From Eledone cirrhosa (Eukaryota), in contig OZ024742.1 of assembly GCA_964016885.1 (NCBI GenBank), positions 296,732,001-296,796,000 on the forward strand: 64,000 bases of DNA, given 5' to 3'. The number at the start of each line of letters is the position of its first letter. The first letter of the stretch is position 1. The translations under genes and the position numbers were made by a program. Below are positions 1 to 13,303 of this stretch, piece after piece. The notes under the pieces are model-generated. The model had not been told where the DNA came from, did no database searches, and was given only the letters and a program-made list of their open reading frames with translations.

Positions 1-539
1 GAGATGCTGTCCACATTTTTTCCATCTCATGCCCAACTAATTACACAATGTTTCATAGTCAAAAATGTGTATTGTAGTCATTAATATATGTATGTATTCA
101 GTGTATATGGAGTTTAGAATAGGTACACCATATCCCTGTGCATTGTAAGAAGCAACTAAAAAGGTTGGTGCCAGAAAGAGCATCCAAACAAAATCATTGC
201 TTCAAAAAGGGCCCCATGTTGAAAGAAAGTCTGTTACATAGGGAACACACCTCTACTGTAACATGGAAAAGTGGCCTTAATATACTTTAATTAGTTTATA
301 TATATATGTATTTTCGTTTTTTTACTTGAACTACCTTCAATTATGTCAAAGACATGACAGCCTCCCTACATGATAAACACACCCGGTACATGCTCTAAAG
401 TGGTTGGTGATAAGAAGGGCATCCAGTTGTAGAAAGCCTTCCAAATAAAAGTATGCCAACAGTAGCATCCTGATAGCCCACTCTGAACAAAGGATTCAGT
501 GTCTCATTGATACAGTAACAATGAGCAGCAAAGCAAAAG

Positions 540-1197
540 GACTCCAGAGGACCTCAGATATCGACATGTAACACCAAATGTGATGTAAACATCAAACAAG
601 TATACTCCTTTAAATACCTAGGATATATCTTGACATCAGACGTCAGAAGTGACAGAAATAAAGAAAAGAATTACCTTATCAAAAAATGCTTTTACCAAAA
701 TGAAATCCATATTTACAAACAGTATATACACTAAGTTCCATGTCCTGAAAATATGCATATGGTCTGTCCTTCTATACCGTGGTGAATGCTGGATACTAAG
801 CAATATAAAGACAAGGGAATTGGATGCCATTAAAATGTGGTTCATGCACAGAATATTCAAAATATCTTGGATGGAAAAGAAAACCAACAATAAAGTCCTT
901 AGATGGGGAGACATGGAAAGATCTCTTGTCCATACTATTAGAAAGAAGCAATTGGAACATTTTGGCCACAGAAACAAAAGAGACGGTTTGGAGAAGCTGA
1001 TTCTTTGTAACAAGATTGCTGGAAAGAGGAGACAAAAAATGCAAAGAACAACATTTACAGATAGCCTGAACCAATAAGTTAACAAAAAGTAGAATAAGAA
1101 AGAGTGATCCCATCCGGAACACTGACAACAAGAAGGACTGAAAAGCCATGATTGCTGATGTCTGGAACAGACCTCACACCTGATGATGATGATGATC
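540..1197 (+). mobile_element. Decayed RTE-clade LINE 3' fragment
   Basis: ORF 649-1077 (EIKKRITLSKNAF...IWSVLLYRGECW...MWFMHRIFKISW...QLEHFGH) matches the post-RT C-terminal region of RTE ORF2; ends in a (GAT)n tail at ~1181-1197. Confidence 0.8.
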
Positions 1198-1341
1198 ATA
1201 TATATATATCAGATATTGAGTTAGAAACTCAAAATAGTCTCTCACAATTAAATAGCTCCAAGAAAGAAGTTTTTTCTGAGCTGTGTAATATAATTGAATA
1301 TACAAGAGAGATAAACACAAATATAAACATACATGTGTTCG

Positions 1342-1779
1342 AATTGTAAAGGACCAAGTTCACTAGGGTGAAAAAAATACTAACTATAACAATATGGTTT
1401 TTCAGACTTAATTTAAAGTAATAAATCAAGAAAAAGAAGAACAAACCTATATTGGGCAACTGCCCGAAACACCTAGACAGCTATAGGAACTGTTCGCAAA
1501 TTATTAAGCGAAGGAATCACCAACTTTCTGCTCTTCAGTAGGTATAAAAATGAGTAATCGTTGCACTTCTAAGTATATCAGAAGACTGAATAGTGTGCGA
1601 ATATGAAATAACGCACATGTCTTGCGAAACAGCTCCTATAACTGTCTGGGTGTTTCAGGCAGTTGCCCAATATAGGTGTGTTCTTCTTTTTCTTGATTTA
1701 TTACTTTAAATTAAGTCTGGCAAACCATATTGTTATACGTAGTATTTTTTTTACCCTAGTGAACTTGGTCCTTTACAAT

Positions 1780-1780
<1 letters not shown>
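1342..1780. mobile_element. Palindromic non-autonomous element, probably Penelope-derived (arms 1342-1499 / 1622-1780)
   Basis: ~158-bp arms are near reverse complements (aattgtaaaggaccaagttcactagggt ... accctagtgaacttggtcctttacaatt); abuts a (GA)n tract; contains a hammerhead motif. Confidence 0.75.
1469..1545 (-). ncRNA. Type I hammerhead ribozyme motif (one core A missing in this copy)
   Basis: Minus strand: stem I ATACCTA / TAGGTGT, core CTGAAGA, stem II GCAGA / TTTGC, GAA[A], stem III CAGTT / AGCTG, GUC cleavage triplet. The opposite arm keeps the intact GCGAAACAG at 1624-1632. Confidence 0.7.

Positions 1781-1823
<43 letters not shown>
1781..1823. repeat. (GA)n microsatellite
   Basis: Direct read. 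Confidence 0.95.
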
Positions 1824-1825
<2 letters not shown>

Positions 1826-3783
1826 CATACATATATATAAAACATGGATAAATGAATGTAGAAAATATATGGCTGTGTGTTTGTGTATAATACTTCATAT
1901 GAAAAGTCCTATTTGTTTATAGTCAAGTTATAATATAGAAATTTCTTTCTATTTCCCTCCCAATGGTGATACATACTAAAGCTGTGTCTAATGGTCTTTA
2001 GATTGTATACATAATATGTATATCAGACAGAATTCCATGAGTATTATCCCTGTGGAATCAGTATAATGCTGTTACATTAACTACAATCTTGTTAAACATA
2101 TCTATAGTTTATTCTTCAGGTTTACAAGACTCATGGCAGATAATAACTTTCTCTGTTAATTTAACAACATATTTCTATATATTTTACAGCAACACAATGT
2201 GCATTCATCTGTGAAATTTATGAATCTGTCTGGATATCTAATTTATTTCTCCTGAAGAAGAATTCTCTGAATTGTATAGATAGTTTATCACGCACAGCAT
2301 GAGATAAAACACCTGTGTAATTCTGATTTCAAATTGATTATGCTTTAAATCTTTTCACACCAAAATGCCTGAAACTACCACTAGCTTTATGATATAAAAC
2401 AGTTTGTTTTAAAGTACTTATATTTGTCTAAAACTTTCCACTATAATTTTAAGGAAGAACCTCTGTTAAATTATATTCCAAACAAGTTTGAACATGATAA
2501 ATTTACCGATATGATTAAATACCGAGGTTAACTTTGCCTTTCATCCTTACGGGGTCGATAAAATAAAGTACCAGTAATACACTGGGCATTTGCTGGCCTT
2601 GTGCCTAACGTAGAAACAATTATTAAATACCTCTAAATTTTTGATTATTTGAAAGATATAGGCAGTAGTTTTCATGAGAAACATGGTAACGAAGGGGTTA
2701 AGCAGTGTACATTGTTTTCTTTTTTGGGGGGAGGGGGTATATCTTATTGACGTTGCCAGAGAAAGAAGATCAGTACTCATGACCCATTATTTTTCCATGG
2801 CCTCTAAAACTGGTAATAAGGAAGGAAGTTGTCCTCAAGCCACAGACCTGACCCAAATAATTGCAATATAGTGAACTCCATTAAAGGCACCAATAATGAT
2901 GCGATGGTAATAAACCAAGCAACTAAGTTAGTATATCATCCAAATATTCAGAATGCAAAGAGCTGGAAGAAATATAGGACTCTTTTTGCAATTTATTTTA
3001 TCAACTCCAGTAAAGTTGAATTCAACAGGATTTGAACTATAAGTATAAATAACCTGAACAAATACTGCAATATATTTCAAATTCTTTTATTCATTGCTTG
3101 GAAATTTTAATATCTAAAATTAATTTCGAATTATTTAAAATAGATTCAACTAAATCATCATCATAATCATCATTTTATATCTGATTTTCATGCTGGCATC
3201 AGATAGACAAGTTGTTATAGTCCAAATCAGTTTTTATTTGAAGTTACTGCAATTCTAGTCTTGTTGGGTAAACAATAATACAAATCCCAATAAAACATTA
3301 CAGATTTGGGGATGGATTCTTAACATCAGCTACTTTACATGGTTTATTAAACACATACTTTCATGTCTCTAGCACTTAAGAGGTTGAAAAGACGTAATAA
3401 ATGCTGTTCTACGCTACATGGTCTTCATTTGATGGCCATACTCCACTTCTTTATTTGGTGATCATCATCTTTACATCCATGAGCTGGATAACATCCTTTA
3501 GGGCAGGCTTTCTACCACTGAATACCGTTCCTAACACCAACCCATACTTAATTCAGTATGGCACAAACTACTAACATTTGACAAGCTGCTATGTTACAGG
3601 ATATATTGCTTTTGGATGCCATAAAAAACTTTATAAATCGTGCTAGTATGAATTTTGGGGCAAAGTGGCAATATGATGTTTATAGTATGGAAAGAGGACA
3701 TAATATGATGATGTTGTTTACACCCAAACTCTTTCCCACCACTGAAACAGTCATTTTATCTTTGCATTATTACCTCTTATCTA

Positions 3784-4130
3784 GGGTGGTGGATTGGCAG
3801 TATCAGTAGAGCATTTGACAACATGTTTTGTGGCATTGAGTTATGAGTTCAAATCTCACCAAGGTCAACTTTGCTTTTCATGCTGACAAGGTCGATAAAA
3901 TAAAGTACCAGTAACTCACTGGTTCAATTTAATTGACTTTCCTCTACCCCTAAAACTGTGGTCCTTGTGCATAAATCAGAAAACATTATTACTACTTATG
4001 GTCCTTTAAGTTCTGAGTTCAAATCCTGCCGAGCTTAACTTTACCTGTCATCCTTACGGGGTCGATAAAATAAAGTACTAGTAATGCACTGGGTAATTGC
4101 TGGCCTTGTGCCAAAAATAGAAACAATTAT
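3784..4130 (+). mobile_element. Two adjacent tRNA-derived SINE copies (family A), one diverged and one 5'-truncated
   Basis: A-box-like TGGCAGTATCAG, B-box-like GAGTTCAAATC, central catccttacggggtcgataaaataaagtac, tail ccttgtgcc...tagaaacaattatt. Another partial copy at ~2522-2625. Confidence 0.8.
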
Positions 4131-4577
4131 TACTACTTATCTAATAAACATAGAGCTTAAAATCATACAATAAACAACAAATCATTAATAGTTGTATATA
4201 AGCTTTTACAGACATTTCTTTTAAAGTAACAAAAAATCATTAATACAGGAAAAAATATTTAACATTTCATCTTTTATAATTCTCATTGATTTCTTTCTGT
4301 ATTGAAACAGAATGTTATTAAAATTGATTGGATGTATGAAGTTCTTCATATATTCAAATCTACAATCTACTCCAATCTACTCACCTATACAAACTGCTTT
4401 CATTTGCTAGAAATTTTGTTTTGTTTTAAAATTTCTAGAGAAAGGAAAAATATTGATATGAACATATCAATGTATATATTTGTTTTATCTTTATTTGCCA
4501 TCATTATCATATCACACTACTAGGTTTCTGTCTGCAGCAAAGTACTAAGATTTACCGGCAATGATATTGGCAGAGTG

Positions 4578-4750
4578 AAGCCATGTGGCTTAATTGTTAT
4601 GGAGTTCAGTTCATGATCATAACATCATGAGTTTGATTCCTGGTGGTGCATTAAGTTCTTGTGCTGTATTTCACATTGCTCCAATCCACTCAACTAGAAA
4701 AATTAATTGTACCTGTAATTCAAAGAGCTAGTCATGTCACACACTGTAAA
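4578..4750 (+). mobile_element. Diverged CORE-like tRNA SINE (family B)
   Basis: gagtttgattcc B-box-like motif then tatttcacattgctccaatccactcaact; related minus-strand copies near 17905-17990, 23520-23650, 28300-28420 and 60510-60770. Confidence 0.55.
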
Positions 4751-4779
4751 TTATGTTAATGGTACATATAATCTAACAT

Positions 4780-5110
4780 CACAAATGCAAGCAGCCAAAA
4801 TGGGGTTCCTCTGAATGGTCTTTGGAGTAATGTTACTCAAAAAAGTGCATAGCTTAGAGATCAGAGTCACTCCAGGTAGAGACACTACTTCTCTGAATTG
4901 AGAGATCACAGCTCTAATATTATGGGTGTTACTGGACAGATTTTCAGGCAAAACCAACTGGCAGGAAATCCCGGGGTATACCTCGAACAAGAGGATTGGT
5001 TAACATCCATGGGCTCAGCTGGTCTCATTTGGGGATCCAACCAGATCAATTGGAGACAGTTGCTTCTGACAGGATCAATTGAACTTGGTTGCTTTCTGAC
5101 ATGACCAGCT
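4780..5110 (+). mobile_element. Old RTE (Expander-like) LINE 3' remnant
   Basis: Broken translation QAAKMGFL..V.GV.L..KV.S.EIR...IERSQL.YYG; similar to the minus-strand remnant at 25400-25630. Confidence 0.55.
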
Positions 5111-5309
5111 AGAAGGAATATTTTTTTTAACATATTTTCTGTTAAAGGATTATAGGTTGTTAAGAGTTAATGACAATATAAACTATCTCCAAATCTGTTA
5201 GAATATTTTTGAGAGACATTTGAGCCTACCACCATCTTAAAAAAATATTCTGTTTGCTTACCTGAGCATTTTCATCACAACATGCTGTTGGTGTTATCAT
5301 ATCATGTAT

Positions 5310-5632
5310 TTCTTTTCTTGTCGTGTCCACAAAAGTGTCTGTTACAAAGCTTGGCTAGATGTGGTTCCGCCACAGCTGAACACATTGCTGTCCTTTTTCA
5401 TTAAACTCTGCCAAGTTCAATGCTGTGCAGGGGTGTTCCACAGGGGGCATATCAGTAGGCGCTGCATAGTCTGTGGTTCATGCCGCAGTCACACACAACA
5501 TCCCCATCCTTTAGATATTCCCATTTTGCAAGAGTGACTTTTGAATGTCCAACACCAGATCTTAAGTCTGTTTAAGCATTCCCACACTGCATAGTTTCTA
5601 TCTGCTCCAGGGGGAAGTGCCTCACTCACCTA
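5310..5632 (-). mobile_element. I-group (Vingi/Ingi-like) LINE 3' fragment
   Basis: Frameshifted minus-strand translation LPPGADRNYAVWECLNRL..GVGHSKVTLAKWEY...VCDCG..PQTMQRLLICP, the C-terminal zinc-knuckle region of I-group ORF2, ending ggacacgacaagaaaagaa. Confidence 0.65.
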
Positions 5633-6084
5633 TAGCTCCATTGTTGTTACTGATGTTATGAAATGATAATATTATCTATTTATATAATATTATAACATTA
5701 TATTTTAATCTTTTTTAGCTAATATGCATTCAATGAAATATTGAAAATACATGGCTAGTGAAAACTTGTGATAAACATGATTTTTATTTCATTGTTCTAA
5801 GTTATGCTCTGAAAAAAGAATTAGTTTTAATGAAAATCATTTAATTTAAATTCAGTCAACTAAACCTTGTTAGAACTATATTGAACATTCAAAACAATCC
5901 AATCTAATGTTTACTGTCTGAATCACAATACATATAAAAATTGGTTCTGGCTAAAGTCCAACTCTCTGTTACATGAAACTGTTGATATTATATTTAATGG
6001 TTTCATTTTAACATGAGGAATATTTCTGAAATAAATATTTTAAATTGGCAACAAACACATTATAGCATCAATACCAAGGACAAT

Positions 6085-6125
6085 ATGATGATGGTGATGA
6101 TTATGACACTGATAATAATGACGAC

Positions 6126-6159
<34 letters not shown>

Positions 6160-6192
6160 GTGGTGATGATGACGATGATGGTGATGATGAGG
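6085..6192. repeat. (GAT)n-type trinucleotide microsatellite
   Basis: Direct read; source of the poly-Met and poly-Ser ORFs. Confidence 0.9.
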
Positions 6193-6527
6193 AGGAGAGT
6201 ATCACCCTTGAAGCTGTTGATGCAGAAATATAGTTATCAGGTGTTTCACAGTTATACTTCTCTTGCAAATCACTTAATCTGAGACTGTGTTGATTCAAAA
6301 GAAATTACATCATGGAAAAGTCATTTTAGCCATCGCAAACCACATAAAGACTGTAAAATTCATTTTACATTTATTATTCATTTCTTTGTTTCAAATTGCA
6401 GTGGGATCATGTCAGTGACCAGGTCACAAACAATGGAATGGAAATGATAAATACAAAAAAACAAAATTTGTTTTCACTCTTAACATGGTGGATACCTAAA
6501 TGTATTTGTGAGTGAATAATGATAATT

Positions 6528-6659
6528 TTTAATAAATTGGAGTGAAAGCAACTGGTGCATGCGTTTCTTATTGGCAACATGACCTCCCAAAGTATAACAA
6601 TATCGGTTTCAACACACGTTTTCAGATAAAGAATCTTGCTAAACAAATTCAGAAACGAA
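6528..6659 (+). repeat. Solo arm of the palindromic hammerhead family at 7006-7504 / 20191-20543
   Basis: taataaattggagtgaaagcaactggtg...gctaaacaaattcagaaacgaa is nearly identical to 20411-20542 and the reverse complement of 7006-7140. Confidence 0.85.
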
Positions 6660-6796
6660 TTGATAATATTATAATATCATTAACATTTGGCTTGTTTGCA
6701 AGCAAACAGCCTCATAAAGACCATGTGTGTTTTCTAGATGACCAATGTTATTCTTTTGTTCCAGCGGTAGCTGAGAGAAAACAAAAGGATATTATA

Positions 6797-6980
6797 ATTG
6801 TTTCTACTTTTGGCACAGGGCCAGCAATTACCAGTGTATTACTGGTACTTTATTTTATCGACCTCGTAAGGATGAAAAGCAAAGTTAATCTCGGTGGGTT
6901 TTGAACTCAGAATGGCAAGGGCCGTAACTCTATGCATAAAAGCATGGCGTCCGACCCTCTAGCAACACTGCCAATCCAAT
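6797..6980 (-). mobile_element. tRNA-derived SINE family A
   Basis: Reverse complement of the family consensus with A/B boxes. Confidence 0.85.
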
Positions 6981-7005
6981 TGTTTCTACTTATATATATT
7001 AATAT

Positions 7006-7504
7006 TTCGTTTCTGAATTTGTTTAGCAAGATTCTTTATCTGAAAACGTGTGTTGAAACCGATATTGTTATACTTTGGGAGGGTCATGTTGCCAATAAGA
7101 AACACACACACCAGTTGCTTTCACTCCAATTTATTATAAATTAAATTTATAAATTTAAGAATTTATAAATTTATAAATTTCCGGTTGGTTGGTTGGATGT
7201 AACACATGCGCAAACTAAGCACACAACACACACAAAAACAAGATGGCGTAGGACAGAACAAAGGAGAGGCACAAAATAAAGAAAAGAATTCCCAGTCACT
7301 GAAGAGGTCACAGAATGTGTGACGAAAGAAGTTTGACAATATATGAACAACCATCCGGTTGTGGAACCAACCAACCAACCAACCGGAAATTTATAAATTT
7401 ATAAATTCTTAAATTTATAAATTTAATTTATAATAAATTGGAGTGAAAGCATCTGGTGCATGTGTTTCTTAATGGCAACATGACCCTCCCAAAGCATAAC
7501 AATA
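7006..7504. mobile_element. Palindromic Penelope-like non-autonomous element with central hammerhead
   Basis: Inverted arms ~7006-7196 and ~7366-7504 around a spacer containing the ribozyme motif. Confidence 0.75.
7295..7337 (+). ncRNA. Minimal type I hammerhead ribozyme motif
   Basis: GTCA-CTGAAGA-G-GTCACA(gaatg)TGTGAC-GAAA-gaag-TT-TGAC: stem I GTCA/TGAC, stem II GTCACA/TGTGAC, one-pair stem III. Confidence 0.7.
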
Positions 7505-7744
7505 TATTAATATTAATAATATTATATTATATTATTGTAATATTATTATTTTCACTCATATAAACTGAACCTAAAGTTTTTTGTGTATTTTTGAATGACT
7601 AAAATGACTCTTCAATGATATAGAGACTAGATGTTTATATTATAAACCCCTATAGGTTTAGTTATATTAGAGATGCTGGCTCCCTAATAACAATTATTTT
7701 GAATAATAAGGTGTGGTAGTTTACTTGAAGCATTATGGAATCCT

Positions 7745-8320
7745 CATCACCATTTTACGTCCATTCTTCCATGCTAGCATGTCCTGTTGTGGGCAATGCC
7801 AGGTCAGGTGACCATGTCTTGCTCATATGTGAACTGATTTTCTACAGCTGGATGCCCTTCCTAACACCAACCTCATTTACTGTGAGTACTGGGTCTGTTT
7901 TTACTATGGTGCCTACATGACCACTTTACAGTGTGGACTGGGTACATTTTTGTCATGACACCTCCATGACCACCTTGCAGTGGGAGGATGTGGGGGCATA
8001 TTGTCTATATGCTTTAGCTTCGGCTTGTATCCGTGGGAAGTTGGATCTTCTCTATTACTGCATAACGCCAGAGGTCTTGGTCTTGTCACCTCATCCTAGG
8101 TCTTCTTGGGTCTCCCCACTCCACGGCTTCCATCGACTTTTAGTGCTCTGCACCTTTTTATGCAGCCGTCATCCTTCATATGCATCAATGCAACCTCCTC
8201 TTCTGCACACACCATTTGATTCCTCTTATACTCAGTCTCTCTCTCAATTCGTTTATGCTTTGCCATTCACATATATTACTATTACACATCCATCGGATCA
8301 TGCAAGGTTTGTTTCTTGGA
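7745..8320 (-). mobile_element. Internally deleted older RTE 3' end (same family as the young copies)
   Basis: Minus strand CMIRWMCNSNICEWQSINELRERLSIRGIKWCVQKRRL plus 3' UTR homologous to 15690-15970. Confidence 0.85.
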
Positions 8321-10290
8321 ATATGAGATACAAATACAACTAAGAAATAAGTTTGGTTATTTGGAAGCTGATACTCACACACTTGTGCAAACAACACTGA
8401 ACCTTAATGATTTTTTTCTATTCAAAATTAAATCAAACAGCCGCCCACAACATTTCTCAGGTTTTACTTTGAGGTCCCTCACTCTACGGATTTCACTTGA
8501 TGTCAAATCTGAAAATATTTGGGATCATTAAAAATTGCTAAGGTAACTTCCTATCATTTTCACACTTTTACTTCACTTCACTGCGTTTTTTTTTCTTCTT
8601 CTATTTTCTTATTACCTTGGTATTTCTTACCAAACACGCATTGTAGGGTTTCCAAATAACCAAACTTATTTCCTATTTGTATTTATACCTCATTAGTTTG
8701 AAATTTCAAAGGTAACCATCTTCCAGTATGAAAAGGATTGACCAAGGCAAGGGATCTGAAAGACTAGCTAAAATTTGTAGGATGCAAAAGTTCTACTAAT
8801 ATGTTTGTGTTTAACAGCATTCTATTCTTTGTTGCTGGGGGCCTTACAGACATTAAGAGGTTGGGTGAATGCTTTCTAGTTGATGACGGTAGGTAAAGCC
8901 TTCCAGAGATTGGTGACTGTTCTTTTTCACTGGCACAGTGTAAATTGCTGGCCTTGTGCCAAAAGTAGAAAGAATTATAATGGTTTGCAATGATGTATTG
9001 CCAGGATCACCCTTACTCTCCTCATTATCTCATCATCATACTTTCTTCAGCCCTTTTCTCCCCCATATCACCATTGGAACCTGTCACTCCTCTTCATCTC
9101 TTGCCACTTATCCATGTTACACTTATCATCTTATAAGTTAGATAGGATCCTTCAGTCAATTCTATGACTGATAACCTCGCTAGTGCTGGTAACATGAAAA
9201 ATACACCCAGTATACCCTGTAAGGTTGTTGATGATAGAAAGAGCATCCAACTGTAGTAACCATGCCAAAAAATGGTCGAGAGGACTCTTCAGTTGTACCA
9301 TGAGCATGACAATCTCCCTAGTGCAAATGCATCTAGTACACTCTGTTAATTGTATAGTGATAGAAAGTGCATCCAGCCATAGAAAACTTGCCAAGTAAAG
9401 TATTGAGAGGACTCTTTAGCTGTGTCAAAGACATGACAACTTCCCTAGTGATTATGTCATGATAATAGGCACTTTATAAGCATGATACACACTTCAGCTC
9501 TTCTGAGCATTCATTAATGGGGGACATTTTGTAAGCAAGATGCAGCCACCTAGCCCACAAGAGTGTTCACTTGCTTTGCTTATGTACTAAATTGGTCTGT
9601 GACAATCTGCCCAACCCTTGCTAGCAAGGATAATGGATGTTAAATGATGATAATGTCTAGAAAGATATAGTTGTATAGCCTATAGGTTAGTGTCTCTATT
9701 GCTGGTATCTGTTTTATTAATTCCAGAATGATCAATGTCAAATTATCAAGTTGATTTCAATTCCAACACAACATTTCAAATCGATTTGTTATGTCTACTA
9801 AGACACGAACTAAAGATTCCCCAAAGGAAGATTTAACATATAAAATATAAGATAATATATACAATTCACATTGATTGTTTTTTTCGTCTAAAGAAAAAAG
9901 AAAAAAATAGAAGAAAGAAGAAAATTTCTATGACAACATTTGTAGAAATATTGGTCAGTTTCTCAAGGGAGGCAGTTAGCAGTCAATAATTTGTTATTAT
10001 TGTTATTATTTTTGGAGGAAATATTTACAGAATAAAGTGACTTAACACAGTCTCATCAAGAACATCCCAATATCTCACAAATTGGCAATCAGGTTGCTGT
10101 CAGAAAACTAAATTTTGTCAGATGATGTTTCAAAATTCAGAAGTTCACTGGACAGTATCTTACATATAAATAATATTTGTTATAGTCACTGTATATATAT
10201 TATTATCAGCCATCAGCAAGAGATGATTTATGTAAATTATGGGGAAAAAATAACACAGCAACTGTGTTCAAACAGAATAAGAATAAATAT

Positions 10291-10585
10291 CTACTCTGTA
10301 AAGTTGTAGTGCTGATGCCATGATAAAATCTACCCTAATACACTCTCTAAATGGTAGTTCTGGTACTACTATGAAATGCATCCAGTACACTCTGTAAAGT
10401 GGTAGTTCTGATGCCATGATAAAATCTACCCTAATACATTCTCTAAATGGTAGTGCTGATGCTACAATAAAATGCATCCAGCACACTCTGTAAAGTGGTA
10501 GTGCTGGTGTCACAATAAAATCTCCCAGTATATTCTATAAAGTGGTCATGCTGGTCGTGCAAAAAGCAACGAGTACACTCTGTTG
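10291..10585 (+). repeat. Tandem array of ~45-51-bp units with a ~96-bp dimer periodicity
   Basis: About six units of ctctgtaaagtggtagtgctg.tgcca..ataaaat..acccagtaca, alternating between two variants. Confidence 0.8.
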
Positions 10586-13303
10586 ACATTAGTTGACATT
10601 AGGAGTAGAAACCATGCCAAAAATGGAATGTTTGAGCAAAATAAAGTTCTCCAACTTCTCCAGTCTCAAACTGTGACAACCTATCAAACCCATGCCATCA
10701 TGAAATTCTGGCATGAAATGATTGTGATGATGATGGTGAGCAGAGGGATTGTCTACCAAATAGGTTTGTTGAGTCAGAAACAACCAAATTATTTCGATAG
10801 AACATTGAATGACTTAGCAGAAAATATCCAAGATCAAATTTGTTAAATAAGCTGAACTAATGGTCAGATTATTGTGAAAATTCGCTTTAATATTTAATGT
10901 AATGCAGCCATAGTGTTGTGTTGTACATTTCAATAAAGTCTTGCTATTGTGGTACAGGATATTAAATAAAGACTAATAGTGAACTGTATCAAGCAAAAAT
11001 GAATAAACAACTCACAAATCTGAAGAAGTTTGTAAAACACGTAAAAAAGGGAATTTTAACATTTCTGGCAGGGAATTTCATTGGCAAAAAAATGTTAAGA
11101 ATAAAATGTCACAACATTCTATTTCCTCGTAAATCATGAGCAGTCAATAACAAGTCAGGAAAGTTTAGATAATTCTCTCACTATATGAATTAAAATAATT
11201 ATCTTTCGATCTCTATAAGGGAAGTCTCTGTGCTGATGCACTACTTGTTAGAAATCACAACCAATTCTCCCTCATAGTATACCCTATTGTCTTAAATATA
11301 ATTGCACTTAGGTAATGCAGTCATGGATATACAGTAAAGGATAGACTGGTTTGGACTGGGATGTCTTGAATGATGAATCTCCTCTATAATATCTAACTCA
11401 TAGTTAAACAACGTATTTTCTTTAGTTGAATTACAAATATTTGTTTGTACAGTGAATCATGATAAATTGTCATTATACTACAAGCTTTATAACAATATTT
11501 GGTTTAAATAATGGTGAGAGGCTAAATATTCAACCTCTTTAATACTAAAAGGAAATGAAAGTTTATCCTCCAAATGGACCAAGGAAACAATATTTCCATT
11601 GATCTTTCCATTGTTGATACTAACTGCTGGTCATAACTTTTGGCATACAGACCAATGGAAAATAAACCATTTTCCCAAGAACACCATGCATCACTTGATA
11701 GAAAAATTAAACCCACAACCTTATGATCTTAATAAGCTGAACACCCTAACCTCTAAGCTATGTCCCTTCACAATTCTTTTATATCAAACTGCATAAACCA
11801 CCTCTGATTAATGAAACAAAACCAATTTTATGTGGTTCCTATTTAAATGAAAACTTTCCAACCATATTTTAATATAGAATATTTTCTTATGTTACAAATA
11901 TCACCTTAATAATGAAACAATTAATAATTTGAATAAACCTTTCCAGATTCTTCATTAATTAGCATTCAGAGTCAGTTCGAATCTTATTGTGGCCTACTTG
12001 GTTTGGAGACTTAATCCATTCGCTGCTTTAACACTCCCACTAAACACCTAGGTAACTTTAGGAGAACATTCTATTGCAAGCATTTAAGTAAAATTTTGAT
12101 TTGAAGGAGAGAAAAGTAACTTGACTTGTATTTTATTCTTTTTATATAGGAAGAATGAATGCCAACGTTTACCTCAGTATGATCTGAAGTCAGCATGTAA
12201 AGAATGGTAACAAGGTATTTTGTCTTATGCTTTAACGACTCTGTCAATCCATTACCTTCATTACAGAATTAAACAATTCTTAGTTTTGTAAGTATATCTA
12301 TAATCTTTATAGCTCACTCTGTGAAGTGTTTGATGTTAGGAAAGCCATTCAGCTGTATAAACCATATCAAAACTGAAATGTATGGAAGTGAGACATGACC
12401 CTTGTGCGCCTAGGGGAACAATAGCTTCAGGTAAGTACTGACCTAGTTTGAAGACAACGCCACCCTCCTCTGCACGAATTTTGGAGGTTCTGAAAATAAC
12501 CATGGGCATTTCTCTTCCCATTCTGACTAAATAATAAAAAAGAAAAATACATCATTAAAATATATAAAGCTAATCATCTCATTTGTCAATGATTTCTCAT
12601 TAAAATCTCTGTTAAAGTTTACTTTCATTTAAATATTTTTGTCAGTTTACTTCAGCTCAGATGAATTCATTATATGTTTAGCTTCTCATTTGTAGTATTA
12701 CCAGCCATTATATAGTATTATTAACCATTATATATAATATTATCAGCTATTGTATAGAAAACAGCAGAATTCTAAAACATATCTGTTGCTTCCTACATTC
12801 CAATCTACCATTGCTTGTTTAGTTTACATCGAAAACACAATTTTACACTCGATTGATTTGATTTCAGAAGATACTCCTAACTTTCTAATTGTTAGCTTTT
12901 TTGAGCTAATCTATTTATTAAACAAACAGAAAAAAATCTTCGTAATTTTAGATGTTTAGCTGTGGAGTTTATTCTTTTTTACTTAAAATCATTTCTGTGT
13001 AGAAATAATCTATAAATATCTTAATATCTCAGACATATTTTTTGCTAAATATTTGTTTTCCCCTCTCCATTTCACTATAAGCCAAACAATTTGTATTTTA
13101 TCCGTTCAAAACAAACTAAATTCCGTTCTTTATTTAATATATATGATAAACCTCACAATGTATTATCAATTTAGATCTACTCTCATGGAGCTAGCCTTAC
13201 AAGTAGTATCAACTTTTAAGGATAGAAAAGAAAAATATGCTTTAGTAAAAATCTACAACAAATATTTCCCCTTAATAATAGTTTATGATACTTAAGAAAT
13301 AAT

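Noticed and set aside
2251-2280. CTGAAGA followed by a hairpin
   Set aside because: No GAAA or stem I/III; not a hammerhead.
5257-5632. Possible host exon (GC-richer block with a minus-strand donor at ~5262)
   Set aside because: Better explained as a frameshifted I-group LINE C-terminus.
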